A DNA stretch of 64,000 nucleotides from Geosiphon pyriformis uo1 (lineage: Eukaryota; Fungi; Glomeromycota), in NCBI GenBank assembly GCA_016748015.1, contig JAAOMT010000283.1, positions 562,108 to 626,107 of the forward strand. Direction: 5' to 3'. Of this stretch, positions 36,529 through 48,499 are shown in pieces. The notes beneath the pieces were generated by a model. That model was not told the origin of the DNA, did not search any database, and saw nothing but the letters and a program-made list of their open reading frames with translations. Each line of letters begins with the position of its first letter. The first letter of the stretch is position 1. The translations under genes and the position numbers were made by a program.

Positions 36529-37236
36529 CTAAAATTCTACTGGTAACATAATCTCCTTCTCAAGACTAAACTCCATTAAAGTCCAAGCATTATCTATGAT
36601 ATTGAGATAATGATCCAAAATAATTGAAGTAATCTGGTCTGAAAATTGTTGAAATTTCAGTTCTGTGAGTTTGCCAATGTATTAAATTTTCATTGGTTGT
36701 AGTATTGGATTTTGTAGAACATTTTCACAAGTATTAAACAAATCATAAAGTCTAAAAGCTGCTCTAAATTTGTAGCAAGTGTTTGTTGGTTCAGCTGCTG
36801 TTTTAAATTCATTGTAAATTTGTTTTTGTATAGCTTCAGGAGTGAAATTTGTTGCTTCAAGTTCCAGTTTTCGTTCATAAAGTGTCTTTCCAATGTGAAA
36901 GTATTTATAGATAGGGGTGTGTTTATTGTTCTGTTTATTGAGAAGTAGTAGAAGTTTTTGTTGCATTGTAGCATTTGGTGAAATGTCAATAAGAGCAATT
37001 AAAAGATTTTCTTTCAGTGCTTGCTTTAAAAGTCTTGATAACCTATTTTCAGAGTGACTTCTTGTTTTTCTTTTATAAAGGTGATAGTTCTGTGGATGAT
37101 TTACTACTGGGACTGTGGTTTTTTTCTGAATGTAATTAATTTGACTTTCATTAATTGTTATAGATAAGTCAGAAAGTGTTTTCAAGACTAACATTAACTT
37201 TTGGGATATTTGTTGAATATTTCGAAGAATAATCAT
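36529..37236 (-). pseudogene. A2 ORF-X (~236 codons, one internal stop at 36682)
   Basis: ORF 36682-37236 MIILRNIQQ...IYKYFHIGK...RAAFRLYDLFNTCENVL, continuing YIGKLTELKFQQF. Confidence 0.82.
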
Positions 37237-37384
37237 GATAAAATTGACTAATTATGAAAAGAGAAAATAAAAAAAAATTATTTTTGGGTATGGGGTTTTT
37301 ATTTGTTTTTGGGTTTGGGTGTTTTTTTTTGTAATTATTTACTATTTTTGTCTTTGTGTTTTTATTAAAAATTATTGTAAAATT

Positions 37385-40300
37385 TAAGTGTTCAAGTTTG
37401 GTTGTTGTTCTATTATAATTATTGGTTCTAAATTTCGGAGAATATCTTCAAGATTAATTAAAGAGAAATGTGTACCAATTTGTGAAATTAATGGTTCAGG
37501 ATTGTTTCTGGAATAATAGTGTTTCAATTTATCTCCATGTGCAACTTTTGATAGTATCTTGTTATCAAGTCTTAATTTGTATGATCTATTGCCTAGAATT
37601 TCGTGAATATAAAATGGTTCATCTTATTTATGTTCAAATTTTCTACTCTATTGTTTTTCAGCCCTAGTTCTGTATAAGAGAACCTTATTTCCCACTTTAA
37701 ATTCGTTGGTTATGGGTGGTAATTTGTTGTTATGTTTTTTTTTTTGTTGAGCTTGGAAATGTTCAATATGAGTTGCTGCTATTCTTCTTTTTTCTTCCAG
37801 TGTACTAAGAAGAATGTAGGCCCTTTTTTGGAGTGTTTCTTGAAAGTTTTCTTCATTAATTGGTTGTACAGAGTATATTTCCACTGTGAAATTAATTGGT
37901 AATGTTGCTGTCCTTCCATAAGTTAAATCAAATGGTGTGTGTTTCATAGTATCTTGTTTTAGTGTTTTGTATGCTAGTAACACTAACGGAATAAAGATAT
38001 CCCATTCCTGCTCAAAGTCTGTTGAGACTTTGGTTAGAGATTCACGCAATGTTCTGTTAAAACATTCTACAAGTCCATTTGTTTGAGGGTGATAAGATAA
38101 TGATAAAGGTCTTTTGACATTGAATTGTTTACAAATTTTTTGTATTAAATTGTTTACAAAATGTGTTCTTTGATCAGATAAAAGTTTAATTGGACATCCA
38201 TGCCTACAAATAATGTCTTCATAGATGAAATTTGCTACTGATTTTGCATCTGTTCTTTGGATGGTTCTAGCTTCAGGCCATTTGGTAAGATAATCTACTG
38301 CTACTACAATATAGCGATTTCCTTGGGTTGTGATAGATAATGGTCTGACTAAATCAATTCTAACTCTGTCAAAAGATTGTCCAACTTTAATTGGATTTAA
38401 AGATTCTGTGGGGCAAGTTTCTTCTCTTCTTTGACAACTATTACAAGATTCTACATATTGTTAAATATCTTTTTGTATGTGAGGCCAAAAATAATGTTCA
38501 AGAGTTCTTTGAATTGTTCCATTTTTTCCCAAGTGTGCTAAAAACGGATCTGTGTACATGTTATATAAAATTGTTTCTTTTTCATTCTCTTGTACTAATC
38601 TGAGTGGTTGGTTTGGGTTTCTGTGATTTTTATAATAAATTTTGTTGTGGTGTATGAAATATTGCTTTGATTGGTATTGTAAACAATGTTTTTTACTTGA
38701 AGACCAATTCTCTGGCATGGTAAGAGTCTCCAAATAGTTTTTAAGATTGCTGTAGTTTCTGGAATCTATTGTTGTTTGGTTATTTTGTTGGTAGGTTGGT
38801 AAGTTATGGTGGAATTGTTGTTGGTATTAGTCTTGTCTCATTTTTGAAAGGCTATCAACATTGGTGTGTAGTTTTCCTGGTTTGTGATATACAATGTATC
38901 TGTAGTCTACTAAGAAGTTATTCCATTAAGACTGTTTGGCACTTTGTTTAGTTTTCTTTTTATTAAGTCATTTGAGGCCAATATTGTCAGTTATTATGTC
39001 AAATTCTTTTCTATTCTTTAGGTATTGTTGAAAATGTTTAAGAGCCCAGATGACTGCAGTGGCTTCCAATTCAGTTGAGCCATATTTGAGTTCTGTTGGC
39101 TTGAGTGTTCTGCTGGCATAGGTGATAACTTATTTCTGGCCATTTTCATCCAATTGTGATAAAATGGCACCAAATGCTATGTGTGAAGCATTAGTGGCTA
39201 ATTGGAACTGTTTGTTGAAGTCTGGATAAACAAGAACTGGGGCTGTTGTCAATTTTGTTTTGAGAGTTTCAAAGCTTTTTGTTGTTCTTCAGTCTATTTG
39301 AATGGCACGTTTTTGTTGGTAAGATAATTGAGTAGTTTGGCAATTTCTGAGAATCTTTTTATGAATTTTCGATAGTAAGAGGCTAATCCTACAAATCCTC
39401 ATAGTTCTGTGGTATTTCTGTAGGTTTGAAAGTTTTTGACAGCACTGATTGTTCCTGGATTTGGTTTGACTCCATCTTTACTAACTATGTGTCCAAGAAA
39501 AATCAAGCTTGTTTTTCCAAAGTGACATTTTTCAATGTTTAACTTTAATCCTGCTTTCCGTAATTGTTGAAAAACTTTTTGCAGGTGAATAAAATGGGCT
39601 TCAAAGCTTGATGAGTATATATTAGTATCATCAAGATAGACAACTACTGATTACCACAAGAGCCCTTCATATACAACATCCATAAGTCACTGAAATGTTG
39701 CTGGTGCATTACAAAGTTCAAAAAGCATAACATTGAACTCATAGTTTCCTCCTTAGATGGTAAATGCTGTTTTGGATTGGTTTTTTGGGTCCATTTTGAC
39801 TTGCCAGTATCCACTTTCCAAGTCTAAAGTTGAGAAGAACTTGGCTTTTCCTAGAGCATCTAGCATGTCATCAATTCTTGAAAGTGAGTAAGCATCTCCA
39901 ATTGTCACACTGTTTAATTGGTGATAGTCAACACAAAATCTGATTTTTCTATTTTTTTTTTTGACAAGGACTACTGGTGAGGCCCAAAGACTTCTTGATG
40001 GTAGAATCAATCCATTATTGAGCATTTTCTAAACTTCTTCTCTGATGAATTGGTGGCTGACAGGTGGCACTCTGTAAGCTTGCTGACGTTTTGGTGGAGC
40101 ATCTCCTGTATGGATCTGATGTTAAACAATATCTATTTTTCCCAAGTTATTGTTGTCTTTTGCAAATATATCTGCAAATTCAGCTATCAATTGTTTTAAT
40201 TGTCTTTGTTGTTGAAGTTCTAAGGGACCCATGTTGATTTGAGAGAGTTTTTCTTCCAAAAAGTGGTAGTTTTCAGTAGTAAGAATGATATTTGGATTTG

Positions 40301-43290
40301 GGAGTAGAGTGTGCCTTACAATTTCGATAAAATTAGAAACAATTTGAGGGTTTTCATCTTGAAAAATATTGCTGTGTATGATTCCAATCTCTAATTTGTT
40401 TAATAAGACAATAAGATAATTATTGGGATTGTAGAATGTAACTCAAAAATTTTTCATTTCTTTGAGAATATAAACATTTGGAATTGAGATTTCATGCTTC
40501 AAACAGATTTGTTCATTGAATTCAAAGATTTGTTAGGTAGTGGTGAGTTTTGAGCAAGTGTAAATTTCGTGATATTCTTCAAAAAGTGAAATAGTAATTG
40601 GTTGGGGAAGTTGAAGAATCTGGTGAGATTCATTTTGTATTTTAAGGGCTATGTTTACTGGAACTGTAAATCGTCCAGTTGAACCAAAACTTTGCATTCC
40701 TCTTTCACTTTTTTCCAATTGTTCTCTGTTGTTAACTGATTGTAACCCCAAAATGTTGATTAGGAGTAGATAAATTGCTTGAGCAATTTTTTCAGCATGT
40801 TCAATCTTGAATGGTTTGTCTGTTTCATTCTGCAACATGATAGTAATGTCTCCAGTGTATTTTGTATCTATAACTCCTTTTTTAATATTGATTCCTTTGC
40901 TTGCCAATGATGATCTGGATGCAATTTGAACCATTGCTCCAGGTGGAATTTCAAAAGCAATTTTGAGATTGATTTTTGTCAAAGACTTTGGTTGAAGAAC
41001 CAAAGTATCTTTTCTTGGGTATCTTAGATCATATCCAGCATCAATTTTGTGTGCTTTTTCTGGTCTGATTTTTTGGCCATGATTGTCGAAATATTTAAGT
41101 TGTAGAGATGGTTGCTTTTTAAGAAGATAAATAGAGGTGGTTGGTAGTTCTTCTATCAGTTCAGATACTCCAAATTCGATTTTATTTTCATTATTTTCTT
41201 TTGGCAGAAGAATGCTAAGAGCATAGCATTCTGGACACTATTTGTCATCACAAGGCATGATGTATTCTTCACACAATTGAATGTTCATTTGCTTTATTCA
41301 TTGAATTTGAGCTTTTTGAGTTGGATATGTGTAACTTGCAATTTGGTGGTAGGTTTTTACTTCATCTTCATAATCAAATCCAGCTAATTCCATGGTATAC
41401 TCAATGTATTCAGCTTCTTTCATTTGGCGGACATCTTCTTGAGTGGTTCCATTGATTAATGCCATTGCTAAGTCAAAAATCATTTCAGCATCATAAGGGT
41501 AGTGGTAAAGTTTATTGAGAGCATTGTTGTATGCTGCATTAAATGGTGTTTCTCTTCTAACTTTTTCTGAAATTGATAGAGCATATTGACAGGTTTGATC
41601 ACATACTCCTCCTCTCATTGCAACATCAATCCAGTTGCATTCTTCTGGTAACATATCTCCACATGTAAGGCAAGGTGTGTTGTTCCATTTTCCACTTTTT
41701 TTTGGAGATCCAAATCATTTTCTATGGCATGCTTTGCAAAAGTAACAGGTACAAGTTTCATATTCCTCTTCTGGAAAAATACATGTTCCCATTGATGAAA
41801 GTTTCTTGTTGCAATCTTTGCATTTGAGTAGAATATAGTGTGGTTGTTTCTGTGGTTCTGGTGTAGAATATCTAACTTTCTTCTATCTTCTTGATTCTTC
41901 AAAAATCTTCTGTTTTGTTTCTTCAGCCCAATTGGATGTTAATCCAAGAGCCATGTAGGTTTCAGTAAGTGGCATTTCTTTCTCCTCTTCAAATTCAAAT
42001 ACTGGGGCTTTTTTTAATTGTTTGTTAAAAGTACCACAAGTAGCAGATACTATGGTGTATTGTTTTTGGTATAAAATTTTTAATTCCTGAGTTTCCCAGT
42101 CCAAGTTTGCATTGGCCTTAAGAAGCCAATTATTTCCGACCAGAGCTTGGTATTGGAGTGCATTCATGACTAGAACTTTGACTGGAATGGTGATTCCATC
42201 AATGGTGAATAAAAAATTGTTAATTTCTCTTACTGGTGTCTTTTTTATACCATCTGCTGTAACAATTACAGTTTGGGCTGGTCTGTTAACAGTGTTACGA
42301 GATGGTTTTCTTGTTATATTTAATTGCTGATATCCCGCTTTAATTGCAATCAGTTTTTCGTGAGTTCCTCAATTCTATTTGTGTAATAATGTCACTGTTA
42401 CACTGAAGGCTTTCTTTTTACTGTTGCGATGTAAGTTATTCTTTAATTCTTGATTGTTGTGTGTGTTTATGTACTCCTTCTCAGAGGCTGAACTGAAATC
42501 TACCCACTGTCTGGGGTCTTCTCTGAGGATATCCTTGCAATTGCCTGATGTGTTTTTCTAATCTAGAAACACAGAATGTTAATGGTCTTTAGCGCTTTTC
42601 TAATTCTCACAATAAAGCTNNNNNNNNNNNNNNNNNNNNNNNNNNNNNNNNNNNNNNNNNNNNNNNNNNNNNNNNNNNNNNNNNNNNNNNNNNNNNNNNN
42701 NNNNNNNNNNNNNNNNNNNNNNNNNNNNNNNNNNNNNNNNNNNNNNNNNNNNNNNNNNNNNNNNNNNNNNNNNNNNNNNNNNNNNNNNNNNNNNNNNNNN
42801 NNNNNNNNNNNNNNNNNNNNGTTTCTTGGGATATTTAATTTGAAAGTATGATTTAAAGTGGAGTTTGTTGGATAAAATTGGATCTATTGCTTGATAAGTT
42901 ATGATTTTTATTACTTGATTGATTCTTTCCCAATATTAAAACTACTGTATATATACATGTTTGTAGTTCTACGAGAAAATACTTTCTTTTTGATATTTCA
43001 ACCTGGTGCTTGCTGCTATTACCAGTTGGTGTTGGCTGCTATTGTGAACTGGTGCTTGCCACTATCGCGAGATGGTGTTTGCTACTATGTTAATCATTAC
43101 CTTTCTAAGATTATTACTGTGCTATATTATGATTAAATAGTTTGTATTATTTTTATGATTCTTTTTGCTAAATTCTTAAACCGTAACAACAGTTCTTTGA
43201 AGCTGTTGCATTAACTGGTAGGTGATAATACTTTTAGCTGATCCACTGTCTAAAATTAGTCAGATGAGTTTTTCTTCTATTGTAACTTCA
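37385..43290 (-). pseudogene. pol: A2 pol: protease, Cys-rich domain, dUTPase (~40680-41100), RT, RNase H, integrase
   Basis: ORFs 41298-41654, 40533-41003 (ASRSS, GVIDTKY, KIAQ, RGMQSFGSTG), 39753-40025 (RFCVDY), YLDD near 39630, 38461-38733 and 37648-38049. Confidence 0.93.
42293..43188 (-). mobile_element. Solo family-C LTR inserted in the A2 protease
   Basis: Reverse complement of the C1 LTR; TSD ACAG at 42289-42292 and 43189-43192; the 201-bp N gap inside leaves a collapsed full element possible. Confidence 0.8.
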
Positions 43291-43399
43291 GTATACATGG
43301 CAGTGATAGCTCTTTGTTCATTAGCTGCTGCATTATTAAGCAAGAATGGTAATTCATTTGCTTCAAATTCGAATGAGAATATATCTGAAAGATTGGCAT

Positions 43400-45350
43400 T
43401 TTGGGCAATTTAAGCTGGTGGAATAGTGTTGTTGAAAGAGTTTGATCTGGGTGCTGCAACTTCACCTTCAAAAAGTGCAGATTGTTGAAAATCTGATTTC
43501 TCTGATATTGTAAGATAACTGGGTTGAGTGTGATAGTGATTGGGTCTTTGCTGACTAGAATTTTGGGGAACCAACTGGTTATTTGGATTAATTCTGTTGT
43601 TGTTACTCTGAAATTGATTTTGGGATGTGAATTGATTATGTTGAACCAATCTTCTTGCTGGTACTTGATATTGTTGAGTGGATGGTGTCTGATATAGCTG
43701 AATTGGTAAAGGTTGCTGATATTGTTGCTACATTGGTTGTGGTGTTGGTAGATAGTAACTGTTTTGATTTTGTGGTCTTGATGAATAATAGGTTGGTGGT
43801 GGAGATTGGTAATAAGATTGTTGTAGTGAAGAATAACGTTAATTACTCCTATTTTGTTGGTTTCTTTGCAATTTTCTGCAATCTCGTTTCCAATGTTTTG
43901 GAATTCTACAATAATGACAATATTGAGATTGGTTGTTGGATGATGATCCAAAATTGTTTTGGTTGCATCATTATGAGGGTTGGTATTTTTGTGGTTGTTG
44001 CTGTTGTTGTTGTTGGTTTGTAAAGTAGCTTTCAACTTTTTTTGTGAGTTGGTCTATCTTTTCTTCAGCTGTTGAGCTGGTTTCTCCAATTGCAAGATTT
44101 ACAAGCTTGGTATGATTTGCTTTTTTCATTGCCATTTCATAGCTCTTTGTATGTCTAATAGCAGTTGCTAAGTCTGTTGGAGCATGTGGGCAGACTTTCT
44201 TAATCAGTTTGTCTTTTAACTCTGCTATAAACTAGTCCAGAATCTGAGCATCAGAATAATAATCATTGGTTTCCAATTGTCGAATCCATCAAAGAAGTTT
44301 GTTGAATCTTCCAAGATAGGTCATGACAGTTTCAGATGTTTCTTGTTTGATATTGCAAAAGCAATTGTAGAGAGTAATAGAAGTGTTGTTGTTAGTAAAT
44401 TGTTGTAAGAAAGCATCTTTGAATGCTTGCCAGTTTTCAAATAGTTCTTCTAAATTTTCAAACCATTTTTCTGCTGTTCTTTGGAGAAAGTAAGGAATTG
44501 CTTTGAGCATTCTTGTTGCAATTCAACCATTTGTATCTTCTGCTTTTTGAACTTTGTTAAGCCATTCTTGAGGACTGGTATTATTGTCTTTACTAGTGAA
44601 TTCTGGAATTTTTGCAATTTAAGCAGTTGCCATTTCTTCTTTGTTTTTTGTGATTTCTTCTGGTACTGATTCAGTTTCTTTACTTTCCAAGCTTTCTGAA
44701 TAATTACTTTCGTTTTTCTGTAAGTAATCAATAATATTGGCACTTGTTGATATTAGTTCTTGTTGTTGAATAGGATTTCTAGGTGACTGAAAATCTTCTG
44801 GTCTGGAGAAATGGTTAAGTAGTAAACTTGGTGTTTGTGATTGAACAAGTGAAATTAGAAATGGTGTAATAGAAAGTGGTAATTTGACACTGGTTTCTTG
44901 TTCAGGTATTTGCAAGTGTTTGGCAGTTGTCTTTTGTAGTGTTGGAGTGTTTGGAGTGGTTTTTGAGTATTGCTTCAATCTTTGTTTGCCTTTGTTGCTT
45001 GTTTCTGTCTCTGATTCAAAATCAAAAGAGTATTTAAACTGTACTGGGTATTTTTCTTCACAATATTCAATAATGTTAAAATTAAGTTCTTGGAAGTAGG
45101 TAGCAAGTGTTTCACTGTTCAGGTCTTCTGTTTCCAATTGTGAATAGTGCACTAAATTATTGTAAAGGTTGCTTCTAATTTCTGAAATGTTGTAGTTTCC
45201 AAAAAGATAATTGTTAATGCAGTTTTCAATGTATTGGTATACTGATTTCTTGATAACTTCAATTTCGTCTGGGATGTTGAATCTTTGCCTGCAGTGAGTG
45301 TAAATTAACTGGTAATACTCTAGAGTTGTTGTGTTTGGTGTGGTTGCCAC
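43400..45350 (-). pseudogene. gag: A2 gag
   Basis: ORFs 44619-45350 and 44289-44510; decayed CCHC near 43870-43915; Q/N-rich tail. Confidence 0.88.
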
Positions 45351-46049
45351 TTTGAAGTTGTTTTTGCTGTGTTGTTTCCATGGGAGAGCACCAAATGTTA
45401 CCAGAGATTTCTAGTCTCTTTTCTTGAATGTTGCAAATGTTTATTGGTTGCAAATTCACGTTTTCTAGAAGTAGTTGAGCCTCCAGTAACTGAATTTATC
45501 TTCAAATTATCTCTTATAATTTGAACTGCTGGGCTTATAAGTGGAATGGCCAATTCCTTGCCAGTTACTTTATGTAGTTATGTTGTAGTAAATGTCAACT
45601 CTTTCCCAGGAATTGCTCATCTGGAAGCTCACTAAAAATGTGTAGTTACTTTGCTGTGAAAGTCAACTCTTCTACAGGAATCTCATCTGTAGACTACCCT
45701 ATTGATTATAATAAGAAAATAAAAGAAAAGTAAAAGAAATATAAAAGAAATTGAATTCTGTCAAGGAAAACGTTTTCTATCTAGGTCTGAAGTCACTAAC
45801 AGTTTACTGAAATTGGTAGCTAATCAATTTCAAAATGTTAATTGGGTTTTTGGGGATTTTCCAAGTGCAATAATTTAAAAAATTTTGGTTTTTTGAATTA
45901 TTTGATATTTATTTCTTTTTTTTGTGTGTAGGAATGGTTCTAAGTGATAAATCTAAAGTAAGATACATTTTCTTGAAGAGAAAAGCTCTTCATTTATACA
46001 ACTTGTTGTAGTACTAGTCTATAGACTTGCACTTTTTCTCTTTGCTCAA

Positions 46050-46205
46050 ATTTCAGCAAACTAAAGATACATTTTGATAAACTACAAGTTATTTCGCTGA
46101 ACTATTGATTAATTTGGGTGAACTATTTATAATTTCGGTGAATTTCTATAAATTTCGGCGAATTTCTTATAAATTTCGGCGAATTTCTGTAAATTTCGGC
46201 GAATT
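46050..46205. repeat. ~20-bp-period repeats of quasi-palindromic TTCGGCGAA in the family-A LTR
   Basis: 8 units here, 7 at 36207-36342; decayed copies at ~210-325, ~2990-3105 and ~28270-28385. Confidence 0.85.
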
Positions 46206-46759
46206 TTAGAATGTTACAAAGTTCAGGGTATTGTGTAATTTGATCATCCTACTTTCTGTCATACTAATTGGATTATTTAATTAAATCGTAATATGTGATA
46301 ATTGATTAAATAATAAGTGATAATTTGAAATGATATTAATATACTAATTAATTTATAGAAATTATAAGGATAATTTCATGCTAATTGATAGCTAAAATTC
46401 TACTGGTAACACCAGTAAAAGTATTAGCTATAATAATATCTATACTAAGTTTTTTGGTTTTTTTGTTAATATTTCTGTAGATAAATATGAGTAAATAATA
46501 ATTTTTTTAATATTAAAACAAAACTTTATACTAATTTTTTTATTACTAAATTTTTAACAAAAAAAACTGTTAATTTTAAAATAATAAAAAAGTTAATATT
46601 AACAAAAATACTTATTAAAATAAAGAAATAAAAGAGCATAAAATAAAAAAGTTTGTTAAAAATCTTATATTTTTACTATAGTAAAAAAAATTATAAAAAA
46701 AATTTTTTTTTCTAAGTTTAATATTTTTTTTAATTATAATATTTAATTATATTTATAAA

Positions 46760-48385
46760 TTAATATAAATTTGCAGATAAAAAAGACTGAATTTTAGAAG
46801 TTTAATTCCTATTTGATTTAGTTTGCTAGTTAAATTCATTGAAAATGATGGCTTGATTGGCAATAGTATTCTAACTTTTTATCTTTTTCTTGGTCACTGC
46901 TTTAGCAAATTTGGTTATATTAATGAATGTTTTATAAAAAATAAGTCAAATAATATAGTTGTTTATATAGATAGTTTAATCAAAAGTTTGAGATTTATTT
47001 ATGTTTATAATGGTGCTGCTGTCTACTTTTCAAATATTGACATAAGTATAAGAATTAAAATATATGATTTGCTCTTTTTGATTCTAGTAAAACTATAAGC
47101 TATTGTTTTTGCTCTGAAATGTGTTTTAATATTTAGCCTAATTGTTTTGTTTATGAATAGTCAGTTGTTATTAAATATAAGTATTTTAATTGAAAAAATT
47201 GTCAGTTCCAATTTTTGCACTAAATAATAAATAAAAAAAGAACAAATTTGCCAGATTATTAAGTCAAAGAATCTTTTAGCCAATTAAAACAAAGTCAAAA
47301 ATTATTTTGGAGTTGTTAATAATAAACATGCTGATTTTTTTGTCAATACTACCATCATGTTTAATCTTATACTGTCTGTTAAAGTGCCATACTGGTTTTT
47401 AGTTATTAAAGACAGATTTGTTTCTGAAAATACTCATCATTTCATTAAATGTTTTTTGAAATCATTAGTTTTATTGGTTGGAATTTCAAATATGCTGATA
47501 ATATTGTAGATAATATTTTATATAATATAATTAATATAAATAGAATATTTAGTGTGTGGCATTTTAATGATTGGGTTTAATCTGGTTTTACTAGCTCTGC
47601 TTTTATAGCTTTTCAGTCTTATTTCATAAAAGTTTTATATTACCAATTACCTATAGCCAAAAAAAAAAGATTATATGATTTCAGTTATCTTAACATATTG
47701 TGTATTAGATGTGAATTGGTTAAGAATTTTAACCACACATTTTTTTGTATTTATAATGTTAGCACTAAAAAAAAATTAATTTTAAAGACTATTAAAGTAT
47801 GGAATAATTTGCTGAGTATATATACTATTAACAATGTGATAATTCAATCTTTATATATGACTAAGTTTTCTAATTATTTATATATATTGCTAGCCAAAAA
47901 CTTTATAATAAAGAAGTAGATAGCTAACATAATACATTTATTGAATAATAGTTTTAAAAATACATCATTGATCATTAATTTGGTTTAAAGTTTTGTTGAA
48001 AATTACAGATTTATTATGTAATTGTCAACTACTAAATTGAGAGTATATTATAAAAATATGGTTTTTTACCATATAATAAGTTTGTGATACCAATTATATC
48101 TGATTTAATATCCTTATAGTTTTCTAAAATAATTTATAATTTTGGTATTAAATTGGGTGTTTATGTTTGTTTTGGTCTATATTTTTATTTATTTAGTGTA
48201 AATTTCGGTTTTTTGTATGATTTTCTAGTTGTAAGTAATTTAGGTACTTAATATTGTTTTAATTAGCCCAAGTGGCTAGTTATATATAGAAAAAGCATAA
48301 GCCATACTTAATATAAAAGCTTGTATGATTCTATAATTTTAGGTAGTAATTGGGTTATACTTGTTAAACACATAATAAAAAAAAT
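46760..48385 (+). mobile_element. Decayed 3' part of a LINE: RNase H, CCHC knuckle, 3' UTR, A-tail
   Basis: VVYIDSLIK (~YTDGS), LVKL*AI (~ELxAI), NKVKNYFG..NKHAD (~WxKVKGH..NExAD), CIRC..HTFFC; 3' UTR resembles the reverse complement of 63460-63575. Confidence 0.75.
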
Positions 48386-48499
48386 TAATATAAATAATTT
48401 ATATTAATTATTATATAAATTTGCAATATTTTATTAATAATAATTAAAAAAAATAAAAAAACCCAAAAAATATTTTAATATTTTTTTTAGCATACTTTT

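Larger units (their letters stand above)
35554..46411 (-). mobile_element. Full-length Gypsy element A2 (~10 kb plus a solo C LTR)
   Basis: LTRs 35554-36548 and 45396-46411; TSD CCAG at 35550-35553 and 46412-46415; PPT 36549-36561; PBS 45376-45393; all domains in order. Confidence 0.95.

Noticed and set aside
46050-46205. Spaced palindromic repeats resembling a CRISPR array
   Set aside because: The period is only ~20 bp, the spacers are similar to each other, the array lies inside a eukaryotic LTR, and there are no cas genes.
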